A DNA stretch of 64,000 nucleotides, from NCBI GenBank assembly GCA_963674595.2, contig CAXXFV010000016.1, positions 480,001 through 544,000 of the forward strand. The letters run 5' to 3'. This DNA is from a bacterium. GTDB taxonomy: Bacteria; Zhuqueibacterota; Zhuqueibacteria; Residuimicrobiales; Krinioviventaceae. Under the pieces are notes generated by a model. It did no database searches, had not been told where the DNA came from, and was given only the letters and a program-made list of their open reading frames with translations. Shown in pieces: positions 38,351 through 48,219 of this stretch (positions are counted from its first letter, which is position 1; every line of letters starts with the position of its first letter). Made by a program: the position numbers and the translations under genes.

Positions 38351-40412
38351 CTATGTGTTTAACGGAAGCAAAATTTCAAATGATGTACCTTCTCCTTTTT
38401 TGCTGGAAACGTTTATTTTCCCTTTATGTTTTTCAATAATCTGGTAGACAATTGCTAATCCAAGCCCTGTGCCGACACCTCTGCTTTTTGTCGTAAATCC
38501 CGGATCAAATATTTTATCAATGTGGTTTTTTTCTATACCTTGACCATTGTCACTTATTTCAATGACAACGTTATCATCTTTTCTGCTCGTTTTAATTTTT
38601 ATTATCCCATTATCGTTAATCGCCTGAATTGCGTTTGTAAACAGATTCATAAAAACCTGGTTTAAACGACTTGGAAAACAATGTATTTCCGGCAGGGCAG
38701 AATATTCCTTTTCTATAACTATTCGGTTTCCCAATGTGTGATGTAAAATAGTTAACGTATCTTCAATCCCCTTATGGACATCAAATTTTTGGGACTCGGA
38801 TTTGTCAAGATACACAAAATTTTCCAGGCTCTTGACAATTTTTTCAACCCGACCGCTGCCATCGGAAATTATTTTACAATTTGTTTTTAAAATATGTAGC
38901 GCTTTATCGAATTTATTATCAGTTCTAAGCCTGCTGAATTCAGGATTATTCTCTAATAATTCTATTATGTTTTCAAGAGAACGATCTGAAGTGCCAGAAG
39001 CGCATTTAACAGCACTAATCGGATTGTTTATTTCGTGTGCCACGCCTGCCACAAGGTTTCCAAGCGAGGCCATTTTCTCTTTAATAACAAGTTGCTGTTG
39101 GGTTTCCTTTAACACTTTCATAGCGTTTTCCAGGTCCCGGTTTGCTTTGGATTTGACGCGATAGCGGTTGTTTAAAACCGCCAATAAAACAAAAATTAAA
39201 ATTGTAATAATAATAAAGGAATTTCGTAATGATCGCTGCCGCTTAATTTCCAGTTGGTGGATTGCATTATTCTTGGATAATAGTTCAATTTCTTTTTCTT
39301 TTTTCGCTGTTTCATATTTGGTATCCATTTCGGCGATAATTCGACTCTTGCTTTCGGTATAAATGCTGTCTTTAACTTCAGAATAGAGTATATAACTATC
39401 CAATGCTTTTTTATAATTGTTTTGCTCAGCATATAGTTCGCTCAGTTTGCCGAACCCATATTTCATCTGGTCTTTTGCATTAATTTCTGTGGCTAATTTT
39501 AATCCTTTTTCAAGATTGTTGAGCGCCTGGTCATACTTTTTTTGTTTCAATAAAATATTGCCAATGTCCAATTCCATATCTGTTACCCCCCACTTGTATC
39601 CGATTTTTTCGTACATTTTTTGGGAACGTTTATAATAAGACAAGGCCAGGTCATAATTACCCATTTTGCTGTATGCTACACCCATGTTTGAAGTTGCTTC
39701 TGCTATGCCCCGAACCTGACCGGTTTTTTTTATGTATGGACAATGCTTTTTTATAATATTCCAATGCTTTATCATATTTTTCCTGGCCCATATATATCAG
39801 TCCGATATTGTTCGCGATAGCTGCAAGGCCATGATCAAAGCTGCCCTCTTCATAGGCTTTTTCAGCTTGTAAATAATAGTCCAGGGCTTTATTATTATCT
39901 TTTAAATACCAGTATATAATACCGATACCCATTAATGTCCCGCCGATTCCCTCCTTATCGTCCATCTTTTCACATAAAGCAAGTGCTTTAAAATAGTTTT
40001 CCAGGGCTTTATCATAATCTCCCTGATAATCATAAATAGCACCAAAACTGGTTAAGCTTCGTGCCATACCTTTTTGATATTGAATATTTTCTGATAATGA
40101 AAACGCCTGTTGCAAATATTCCAACGCTTTATCAAACTCTCCTGAACCGCGATATATATTTGCAATATTTATCAATGCCTCTGCTTCCTGTTCCTTGTTT
40201 TGGTATTTTCGGGCCAGCTCAAGTGCCTGATTTGCATAGGATATGCTTTTTTCAGGGGAGATCCTGCATAATTCAAATGCAAGCTCATTCAATATTTTTA
40301 CTTGTTTTGAATCTTCAAGACCAGGGAGGAGTGCCTCCAGACTGTCTGTTGAAACTTTACCGAATGTATTTGAAACAAGAACAATGACCAATATTAAAAG
40401 TATGTTTTTCAT
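38351..40412 (-). pseudogene. TPR-repeat membrane sensor histidine kinase, split by a +1 frameshift (real or assembly error)
   Basis: ORF 39657-40481 (signal peptide + TPRs) and ORF 38351-39775 (TPR, TM, AHEINNP, NLFTNA, GTGLGL) join as ...SIHKKTGQVRG... if one base is removed from the 8-nt run at 39724-39731. Confidence 0.8.
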
Positions 40413-40606
40413 TTCCGACCTTGTAAAATGATTAAGATCATCACCATGATGTAATGTAAGTGAAATAGCCTTTTTATTCAAGTTATAATGTGTTTTTTTC
40501 TTGTTATATATCTAGTTAAAAGCATTACAATATTTTTGTTCTCTCTGAAACCTATTCATTTCTTTTTTCGTATGATTAGCATAGATTTTAAAAAGGGAGA
40601 TACGTC

Positions 40607-41195
40607 ATGAAAAAAAATTTTACCCTGGTTTTTATTTTTGAATGTTGCATTTTGTTTTGGTGCAGGATCAGATAAAGATGATTCTGAAATTACCTTACAT
40701 ATGGACAAGCATATTGATGGTAACTATTACAGCAATGACCATTTTGACATGGATATTGACAACAAAGATGTTATTTTGACATGTAAAGATAATGGGGAAA
40801 CAATTGTATTTACCAAAGAGTATGAACTCATCATTAATGACAAGATGATTCATCTCGATGCACATCAAAAAGCCCTTGTTCATGAGTATCATGATTTGAC
40901 AATGGAACTTGTATCAGAAGCCAAAAAAGTCGGTCTTAAAGGGGCAAAAATCGGTGTAAAAGGGGCAGCACTTGGGTTAACGGCTGTAGCCGGAGTTTTC
41001 AAGCTGTTACTACCGGGATATGATGCGGAAGATTACGAAAGAGACATTGAGAAAAAAGCAGAAAAAATTGAAAAAGAAGCGGAAAAACTTGAAGAGAAAG
41101 CAAAAGTCCTTGAGATAATGGCGGACCATCATGAAGAAATGCATGATGAATTAAAACAATCTATTCCGGCACTGGAACAAATGGAATGGTTTTAA
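40607..41195 (+). CDS. DUF2884 (YggN)-like exported protein with an apparent frameshift in the signal peptide
   Basis: ORF 40638-41195 has the L.IN...I.L...QK..V.EY pattern and a coiled coil. ATG 40607 (GGGAGA RBS) joins in frame as MKKILPWFLFLNVAFCFG if A8 (40610-40617) is A7. Confidence 0.6.
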
Positions 41196-41244
41196 ATTAT
41201 ATCTATTATCAGTTAATGCTATAATTTATTTATCAAAATACAGG

Positions 41245-41622
41245 TTATGAGATTTTACTCATGAGCCATTGTCTTGCTTTATCGATATCAGTAAACCATT
41301 TTAAACGATGACCTGCGTTTGTTGCTGTTGTTTCATGAAATGATTGAAATTCATAATTCTCTTCCGTATCAACAGCTGCTGTAAATATTATCGGTCTGTC
41401 TTGTGGATAGTTTCTAACTTGAAAATAAGTTTCTGCCAAATCAAGTCGCCCTTTTAAAGGTCGACTGTCTACTAAGAGGGCTTTGGGTTTTTTTAATTTT
41501 AAAAGAGTAAATATATCATCCAAAAGATTATTTATAGTTCCTTTTGTTATTTCCCCTGTTATGGTCATCTCCATAATATGGTCTTGAGTTGATTCCGATA
41601 TATTGTATTTTATTTCGTTCAT
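41245..41622 (-). CDS. Hypothetical SpoIIAA/STAS-SEC14-like protein
   Basis: LLVDSR, F.ET.A.N.G, and terminal FTDIDKARQWL motif. Confidence 0.6.
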   Translation of the reverse strand: MNEIKYNISESTQDHIMEMTITGEITKGTINNLLDDIFTLLKLKKPKALLVDSRPLKGRLDLAETYFQVRNYPQDRPIIFTAAVDTEENYEFQSFHETTATNAGHRLKWFTDIDKARQWLMSKIS

Positions 41623-41834
41623 TAATTTCTCCGGAATATTAAAGATTATATTTTATTATTTTTGCAAACTCTAAACAATCAAAGTTAAAATTTTATTCAG
41701 AAAAAATTAATAAAAGTTTTCTAAAAATTTAGTTTAATAAATTATCTGAGAGGAAATTAATAGATTATCCGCTTTTTATATTTGTAGTAAAATTTATTTT
41801 TTCGTTTTAATAGTTCAAATAGATATTAACTCTT

Positions 41835-42827
41835 TTATATCTTTATAATTACTTTACCTTTGTTTTCTCCCTGTTCAACATATCTATGGGCTTTAACAGC
41901 CTGTTCCATCGGAAAGTTTATATCTATAATCGATTTCAAATTACCCGCCTCAACAAGTTCCTTAACGAACTCCATGTCTTTGGGTTTTTCCATTGATATT
42001 GCACATATCACTTTTTTATCCCCGAATAATTTTGTCCATAGCATTTGCAAAAGTTGTTTTGTTTTAAAACTCGCTAAAAGATAAATACCATTTTGGTTTA
42101 ACGAGTTTTTACATCGGTTATAGGAACTTTTACCAAGTATATCAAAAATCAGGTCATACTTTTCTCCGTTAGTAGTAAAATCCTGTTTTTTATAATCAAT
42201 AACTTTTTCTGCGCCTAGTGATTTTACAAATTCGATTCTCGGAGTGCCGCAAACACCGGTAACCTGTGCGCCAAAATATACGGCAAGCTGCACCGCAGCA
42301 GAGCCGATTCCGCCGGAAGCGCCGTTTATAAGCACTTTATGCCCTTTCTGAATATTTACTTTTTTTAAAATATTCAAGGCTGTTAATGCTCCATAGGGAA
42401 TAGCAGCCGCTTCCTCGTATGTGATATTGGCCGGTTTTATAGCTACTTTGCCATTTTCCGGCATACATAAATATTCCGCGTTTGCACCCATATTCTGTCC
42501 AAGGTATCCAAAAACCGCATCGCCTTTTTTAAATTTTTTTACATTTTGACCCACGGATTCAATCTCTCCGGAAAATTCGCTGCCGAGTATTTTTGTTTTT
42601 GGTTTGTTAAAACCAAACATAATTCTTGCCGGCAGCCACATCAGTAGCGGCATATTAAATTCACGGGATGTGATGTTGGCAAAATTTCGGGCTGTTATGT
42701 CCCCATAGTTCACAGGTGTTGCATGTACTTTTATAAGTATTTCGTTATCCTCAGGGACCGGTTTTTCTATTTCTTTAACTTCCAGAACCTCGGGTGGACC
42801 ATATTTTTCAAACACAATTGCTTTCAT
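41835..42827 (-). CDS. NAD(P)-dependent medium-chain dehydrogenase/reductase (quinone oxidoreductase-like)
   Basis: MKAIVFEKYGPPEVL, GSEFSG, VLINGASGGIG, GKVII. Lacks the Zn-binding Cys set. Confidence 0.92.
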   Translation of the reverse strand: MKAIVFEKYGPPEVLEVKEIEKPVPEDNEILIKVHATPVNYGDITARNFANITSREFNMPLLMWLPARIMFGFNKPKTKILGSEFSGEIESVGQNVKKFKKGDAVFGYLGQNMGANAEYLCMPENGKVAIKPANITYEEAAAIPYGALTALNILKKVNIQKGHKVLINGASGGIGSAAVQLAVYFGAQVTGVCGTPRIEFVKSLGAEKVIDYKKQDFTTNGEKYDLIFDILGKSSYNRCKNSLNQNGIYLLASFKTKQLLQMLWTKLFGDKKVICAISMEKPKDMEFVKELVEAGNLKSIIDINFPMEQAVKAHRYVEQGENKGKVIIKI

Positions 42828-42903
42828 TTGTATTTTTCCCTGTTATTTCTTCATGTTAACAGATAGTAGAACAAACAAATAGTGAAAAATATTTAATTAA
42901 AGT

Positions 42904-43725
42904 TTATAATTGTGAAAGAATTTGAATTAAATTTTTACAACCGCCGTTTTTGAGAAACTCGGTATGTTCTTCAATATTCTTAAAGCATTGCCCCGTTATG
43001 TTGTTACATAGTATTTCATAATTAGTTGCAGCGTAGAATGCTTCCATGTTTTGATCAGCATAAGGATCTTTATAAGTTATTTTTTCCTCTTGTTTTCGAA
43101 TCCGTAAAAGTGTTTTCATCCAAACTGCGGCAGCCAAAGCACCGCAGGCATTACCGCTGAGTCCATAACCGCCGGCAAATCCAGCCACCATCACCATTTC
43201 TTCATCCGTAGCCCCCATTTTTTTTACGACCTCAGAGGCACAGCTCATTGGTATTTTGGGAAAATCCGAATTGTCCGGTACAAGTCCTGCCCTGGCTGCC
43301 TGAATGGCATCCGGCGCCCATTTTTCTGCCATATTAAAACAGGAAAGAAATTTACCTGAGAAAAAATATTTTGCCATGCTTAATTTACTGGACCAATCGC
43401 ACTCGGTTATATCTTCGCAATCCGCGCTTTTTGCTTGGGTTAAAAACGATTGTAAAATATGCTGTGTTGATTTTATTGTCATTCCAATGGCCTGGTCCTT
43501 GTCATCAAACCTTCGAAAGGCCTCGGCACCGGCAGCCAATGAGGAACCCCACAACATTCCGCACTGATAGCCTTGCTGGTATATTCCGCCTGCCAGGGGA
43601 TCAGCCGCGTGTTCTTCATTTTCTTTTAAATGTCCAAAATCACGGTTTAGAATATAAAAAAATGTCCGGGAGCAACTGCCCAATTTTCTAAAAAGTTTTT
43701 TTACATCATTTTTTTTCGTTGTCAC
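42904..43725 (-). CDS. C-GCAxxG-C-C family putative redox-active protein, two tandem domains
   Basis: SCS...AGG...CGMLWG...C...C followed by SCA...AGG...CGALAA...C...C. GTG start 43725 behind GGAG. Confidence 0.8.
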   Translation of the reverse strand: MTTKKNDVKKLFRKLGSCSRTFFYILNRDFGHLKENEEHAADPLAGGIYQQGYQCGMLWGSSLAAGAEAFRRFDDKDQAIGMTIKSTQHILQSFLTQAKSADCEDITECDWSSKLSMAKYFFSGKFLSCFNMAEKWAPDAIQAARAGLVPDNSDFPKIPMSCASEVVKKMGATDEEMVMVAGFAGGYGLSGNACGALAAAVWMKTLLRIRKQEEKITYKDPYADQNMEAFYAATNYEILCNNITGQCFKNIEEHTEFLKNGGCKNLIQILSQL

Positions 43726-43955
43726 AACTATGATCTCCAAAATTAGTTGAATGTCAGAAACTCATATTTTAATGTTACAATTAAAAATGTACGTAATTTA
43801 ACGATAAATGTTACTGAATACTATTGATGTGAATAAACGATGATTTGCAAGGGTTGTAAATTTTTTTGATTAATTAAAAACAACGTAATTGGTGGTTATT
43901 TTTAGGCAGGTTTTTAGTAAATTTATTTATTATTTTTTAAATTTAAAAATTTGAT

Positions 43956-44858
43956 TTAATGCATATTGGGTATTGTTAATTTTGTCATAAATCCATTGTT
44001 TGTTATATATTCCACTTTGCCGGAGAGTTGTTTTTCAATAATATCACGTACCAGACCAAGCCCGACCGAACTTTTTAGCGTATCCAGTTTTGGGTCTATT
44101 TTCCCGGTCCCATTGTCGGAAATATTTATTTGAATGCGGTTATCAGTGTTCTTTATTTTTAATTGAATTGTGCCTTTTTGCCCACCGGGAAAAGCGTGTT
44201 TAATAGAATTTAAAAGCAGTTCTGTAAACACAAGGCCTACAAATGTACCTGTTTTTTGATTTACGTTTACGGTCGAATTTCCATAAATAATATCAATGTC
44301 ATTAAACCTGCCGCAACTGTTTAATACCCCAATACCAACTCTTGATAAATATTCTTTCAAGTCAATAAAGTACCCCTGTTTTTCAAAAGAAAGAAGGTCG
44401 TGGCTGTTGGAGATAGCTATGATCTGCGATTCAATCTCTTCAAGGGCTGTTCGGGTTTCTTTGTTTTCAACAAGTTGAGATTTTATGGATGCCAGTGAGT
44501 GGATCAATGTCAGGTTGTTTTTTACCCGGTGGTTCAATTCTTTTAATAAAGCAATTTTTTCGTTTAGCTGATAGGATAGTTCCGCTTCTGCCATGCGTGT
44601 TTTTTCCAGTTGTTGCTTTAAACGATTGCGGAGAATAGCTGACCGAATACCCATAGCAAGGGTCAGGAAAAATGTTGCCGCAATGATTTCATCTATTTCC
44701 CATGATTCATGTTGCCGGCTCCATTCAGAGAACCATTCGAAAAAGTCCAAATAGTTTGCAATAACCGTGATGATTATTGTTGTTAACGTAATTATGACGA
44801 CATCTTTACTTGGCGTATATTTTATTCTAGTTTCCTGTTGACCTTTTTGATTCCTCAT
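43956..44858 (-). CDS. Membrane HisKA_2-type sensor histidine kinase (paralog 3)
   Basis: DFFEWFSEWSRQHESWEIDE between two TM helices, ELNHRVKNNL, ELLLNSIKHAF, DNGTG. Confidence 0.9.
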   Translation of the reverse strand: MRNQKGQQETRIKYTPSKDVVIITLTTIIITVIANYLDFFEWFSEWSRQHESWEIDEIIAATFFLTLAMGIRSAILRNRLKQQLEKTRMAEAELSYQLNEKIALLKELNHRVKNNLTLIHSLASIKSQLVENKETRTALEEIESQIIAISNSHDLLSFEKQGYFIDLKEYLSRVGIGVLNSCGRFNDIDIIYGNSTVNVNQKTGTFVGLVFTELLLNSIKHAFPGGQKGTIQLKIKNTDNRIQINISDNGTGKIDPKLDTLKSSVGLGLVRDIIEKQLSGKVEYITNNGFMTKLTIPNMH

Positions 44859-45112
44859 AATTTATTGTCTCTCAGGAGGTTGATGTTTAAATTTCAGCGC
44901 CTGGTTATCGATATAATCACAGAAATTCGTTTGTATAATGGTGGAACCCGTTCTTTAGAAATGTATTTATATGGCTATCCCAAATTCCCTGCCGTCTTGC
45001 CTATATTAAATGATAATACAAAATAAATAAAAATAGAGCAAGATTTTTTTATCATCAACATTTAATAATTTAACTATTGTTATTTAAAAAAATAGTAGAG
45101 GAGAATATTTTC

Positions 45113-45156
45113 TTGACAAATTTGTTAGATTTTTCTATATTAGTGGGTGCTTATAT
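45113..45156 (+). promoter_or_regulatory. arsR promoter with overlapping inverted-repeat operator
   Basis: TTGACA (45113)-N17-TATATT. ATATTAG-N6-CTTATAT at 45137-45156 covers the -10. Confidence 0.7.
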
Positions 45157-45185
45157 TGTTATTAGTAATCGTGAATATATTATGT

Positions 45186-45479
45186 ATGAATAGTAATGAA
45201 ATAGTGAAAATTTTTAAAGCCTTATCTGTTGATTCACGATTACAGATATTGAAACTTGTTAAAGACAAACAGTTGTGTGTCAATGCAATAACCAGGCAAT
45301 TAAATATAAGTCAGCCTGCTGTATCGCAGCATTTAGCGATACTTAAAGAGGCAGGTTTGGTTACAAATGAAAGGTACGGATCTATCATACATTATAAAAT
45401 GAACATAAAACGTCTTGATGATTTTAAAAAAAGTGTACAAGAATATCTGGGTGATGAGTTTATAATATTAAAAGAATAA
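45186..45479 (+). CDS. ArsR/SmtB-family transcriptional repressor
   Basis: FKALSVDSRLQIL, LCVNAI, ISQPAVSQHLAILKEAGLV, YGSIIHY. Start moved to ATG 45186. Confidence 0.92.
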   Translation: MNSNEIVKIFKALSVDSRLQILKLVKDKQLCVNAITRQLNISQPAVSQHLAILKEAGLVTNERYGSIIHYKMNIKRLDDFKKSVQEYLGDEFIILKE

Positions 45480-45495
45480 AAATTTTTTGCCATAA

Positions 45496-45515
45496 ATATA
45501 AGTAGTTGCTTATAA
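45496..45515. promoter_or_regulatory. Second copy of the putative ArsR operator
   Basis: ATATAAG-N6-CTTATAA between arsR and the Cys-rich small gene, same geometry as 45137-45156. Confidence 0.6.
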
Positions 45516-45552
45516 ATAAATAAGCAATTAATAATATAATTAGGAGATTATT

Positions 45553-45705
45553 ATGTGTAAAACCAGTAAAAAAGAAGCCTGCTGTCAAAATCCTAAAGAG
45601 CTCAAGGGTGATAGCAAAAATTGTTCAAAAGAACAAATTCAACAATGTCATGGCACTAGTAAGGATCACCCATGTTGTAATAATAAAAAGGAGAACCGTG
45701 AATGA
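45553..45705 (+). CDS. Small Cys/His-rich metallothionein-like protein (50 aa, not in ORF track)
   Basis: MCKTSKKEACCQNPKELKGDSKNCSKEQIQQCHGTSKDHPCCNNKKENRE*, 7 Cys and 2 His. AGGAG RBS 6 nt upstream. ATGA overlap with the next gene. Confidence 0.8.
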   Translation: MCKTSKKEACCQNPKELKGDSKNCSKEQIQQCHGTSKDHPCCNNKKENRE

Positions 45706-46067
45706 AAAAGTATTATGTTGTTTTTATTTTAACTGTTGTTTGTGCGCCTATTATTTTTCTTTTTTATCTAAAGAACGATTTGGTCTGTGCACCAAGGGCT
45801 ATTGTGTCTTCAGCATTATTTGGCGTTATACCGTTAATATTTTTGACTGTTGCTATTTTAAAAGAAAAAAAGATTTTCTATTATTTTTGTCTAGCTACAC
45901 TTTTATTTGAAGTTATCATTACACCCGTCATTATGGTGAAAAGATTGGGTTGGGAAAAATTTTTTAATGAAAGATTGCTCGCCTTTTTTACATTTGAAGG
46001 AATCGCTATATTCCAAATTTTACTTGTTATTCTTATTCTATTGGTCTCTAATAAAAAAAATGGATGA
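45702..46067 (+). CDS. Hypothetical 4-TM membrane protein
   Basis: Four hydrophobic segments, two CAP motifs, AAGGAG RBS, coupled to the Cys-rich peptide gene. Confidence 0.65.
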   Translation: MKKYYVVFILTVVCAPIIFLFYLKNDLVCAPRAIVSSALFGVIPLIFLTVAILKEKKIFYYFCLATLLFEVIITPVIMVKRLGWEKFFNERLLAFFTFEGIAIFQILLVILILLVSNKKNG

Positions 46068-46154
46068 GTAAATTACACATACTGTCGAATGCCAAGATAT
46101 AAGCGTAAATCGGTCGTTAGTGTTTTGGTGGAATGAATCCAGCAGAATGGTTGC

Positions 46155-46197
46155 CTGTTTTTAGGTATGTTGTTTTAAAATTCATACCTAAAAACAG
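46155..46197. terminator. Hairpin between convergent genes
   Basis: 15-bp perfect stem CTGTTTTTAGGTATG...CATACCTAAAAACAG. Confidence 0.6.
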
Positions 46198-46256
46198 TTT
46201 ATGCCTGCGAGAGAGGAATAAAATATGTTTTTTTTCAAAAAGGTAGGTTATTAACA

Positions 46257-47438
46257 TTAAAATATTTTATCTTGAATATCTTTAGGAACATTAGGAATGA
46301 TCATTGGTTTCCAACCATTACGCAGTGATTCCGTAGCAGCGCAACCGGTGGCAACACTCATTCGTCCTGCCAGGGGAGTTGCCACAGGACGCTTTCCATC
46401 CAAAAGCATATCGATAAAATCTTGGCAAATTTGCGGGTCTGCACCACCATGTCCGCCGGATGCTTGTTTTATCGCCAGGTCATGGTCGCACAGGTTGTGC
46501 CATCGGTTTGACCTGTCACGCAGTTTTATGGTAACTTTGGAACCATCGTCCAGGTTCTCTATTCTTCCTTCGGTACCGATAATGGTATAATTGCGCCAAT
46601 AGTCCGGTGTAAAATGGCATTGCATGTAACTCGCACGAATACCTCGGTCAAGTTCCATCATAACAATGCTATTGTCTTCCACATCAATCTCTTTACGGAA
46701 AACGCATAAATCCATTTTATTGTCTGAAGCATTGTCTTTATAGTAATATTCCACGCAGCTTTCTTTTTCCGGGCAATTGATACAATGAAGATCGTTGGAT
46801 TTTTCTCCACCATAATAATCCAGCCCGCCGGATGCAGCCACTTGTTTTGTGTATTGGCCGGTCAGCCAATGTATCATATCGATGTCATGGGATGCTTTTT
46901 GTAATAACAGCCCGGTTGTGTTTTGCCGGGTGCCGTGCCAGTCGTGATAGTACCAGTCACCGCCAAAGCCCACAAAATGACGTACCCAAACTGCCTTAAC
47001 CTCACCAATGTCGCCGGAATTAATAGAATCTTTCATGACCCGAAATATGTTCATATAACGCATATTAAAACCGATCATAAACTGTTTGCCTGAAGCAACC
47101 CAGGCTCGAAGCATATTATCACAACCGTCTATTGTAAGGGCCATTGGTTTTTCTGTAAAAACATGTTTTCCGGCTTGAAAAGCATCACAGACATACTGTT
47201 CATGGGTAAAGTCCGGGCTCATTACGGCTATTGCATCAATGTCGTTCCGGTCGAGTAATTCCCGGTAATCATTCGTCACATAGCCTTTTTCATTAATGTT
47301 TTTATGAAACCAGTCCAATGCTTCAGCAGAAGGGTCCGCCGCCCCAACCACAACCGAACGGCCTTTTGGATCGTGCCAGTGTTTGGCGATTTCACCCCGC
47401 CCTGAAGCCCCGATAACACCTATTCTTATTTTAGTCAT
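46257..47438 (-). CDS. Gfo/Idh/MocA-family oxidoreductase
   Basis: RIGVIGASGRG Rossmann motif, HVFTEKPMA, GFNMRY, LLQKASHDID, GHGGAD. Confidence 0.93.
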   Translation of the reverse strand: MTKIRIGVIGASGRGEIAKHWHDPKGRSVVVGAADPSAEALDWFHKNINEKGYVTNDYRELLDRNDIDAIAVMSPDFTHEQYVCDAFQAGKHVFTEKPMALTIDGCDNMLRAWVASGKQFMIGFNMRYMNIFRVMKDSINSGDIGEVKAVWVRHFVGFGGDWYYHDWHGTRQNTTGLLLQKASHDIDMIHWLTGQYTKQVAASGGLDYYGGEKSNDLHCINCPEKESCVEYYYKDNASDNKMDLCVFRKEIDVEDNSIVMMELDRGIRASYMQCHFTPDYWRNYTIIGTEGRIENLDDGSKVTIKLRDRSNRWHNLCDHDLAIKQASGGHGGADPQICQDFIDMLLDGKRPVATPLAGRMSVATGCAATESLRNGWKPMIIPNVPKDIQDKIF

Positions 47439-47857
47439 AAATTGTTTTCCGGATATTTTTATGTTATAAATAAAGGATGGAAATTATAAATAATATTTGT
47501 CTTAAAAAATAGAATTTTTTTCAGACTTGAAAATCCAATGATGGTTTTATATTCTATGGATGTGTAATTTTCTTTCAGATGATTTATAGTTTCTATATTT
47601 ATTTTATATTGTGATACAAATGAACTTGATTGTTTGCCATCAATAATTCTAAAAAAATAAAAAGGTTTAACAAGATTTGGGATTCGCCCGGTTCGAATGG
47701 AATTTTGCTTAAATCATTATATTGGGAGATGGAGCCGGTTTTACTCTTTTGGAATTTTAATTTTTGATTTATAAAAGACAGAGTTTATGGTTTTTTGAAA
47801 AATATGTATTTTAAATTTCCCCTTGCCTAAAATTATGCATGTTAACGATCGTTTGTT

Positions 47858-48217
47858 TTATAGATTATCCAGAATCATTTTGATCTGTTCAAATCTTAAT
47901 GGTTTTTCCAGGAAATTAACCGGTTTTAAGCTTAGTGCACGTTCTTTAATAAATTCTGTGGTGTAACCCGTCATAAAAGCAATTGGTATGTTTGGTTGCT
48001 GATCAATGATTTTTTCAGAAGCTTCTATACCATCCATATCGCCTGCAAGGCGAATATCCATTAATATAAGCGATGGACTTTTTTCAGAGGCCACTATAAT
48101 GGCTTTTTCACCCGTCGATACTAATTCCAAAACTTCAACACCGGCTTTTTCCAGGTCCAGTTTTAAACACAATGCAGTGATTGCTTCATCTTCAACAACG
48201 AGAACTTTTTTCTTCAT
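47858..48217 (-). CDS. Stand-alone response regulator receiver protein
   Basis: VLVVEDE, ILMDIRL..MDG, FMTG, LEKP. Confidence 0.92.
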   Translation of the reverse strand: MKKKVLVVEDEAITALCLKLDLEKAGVEVLELVSTGEKAIIVASEKSPSLILMDIRLAGDMDGIEASEKIIDQQPNIPIAFMTGYTTEFIKERALSLKPVNFLEKPLRFEQIKMILDNL

Positions 48218-48219
48218 AA

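Noticed and set aside
42904-43800. Possible selenoprotein in the C-GCAxxG-C-C family
   Set aside because: All motif positions are Cys codons and no in-frame TGA extension is evident.
44860-45010. Relatively GC-rich leader upstream of kinase paralog 3 as a riboswitch
   Set aside because: No match by eye to c-di-GMP, c-di-AMP, SAM, TPP or cobalamin consensus elements. An Rfam/Infernal scan would settle it.
45608-45910. 100-aa plus-strand ORF in the track
   Set aside because: It is an out-of-frame overlap of the RBS-supported Cys-rich gene and the membrane-protein gene, with no RBS of its own.
47680-47700. GGTTCGAAT resembling a tRNA T-loop
   Set aside because: The flanks do not form a T-stem, acceptor stem or cloverleaf.
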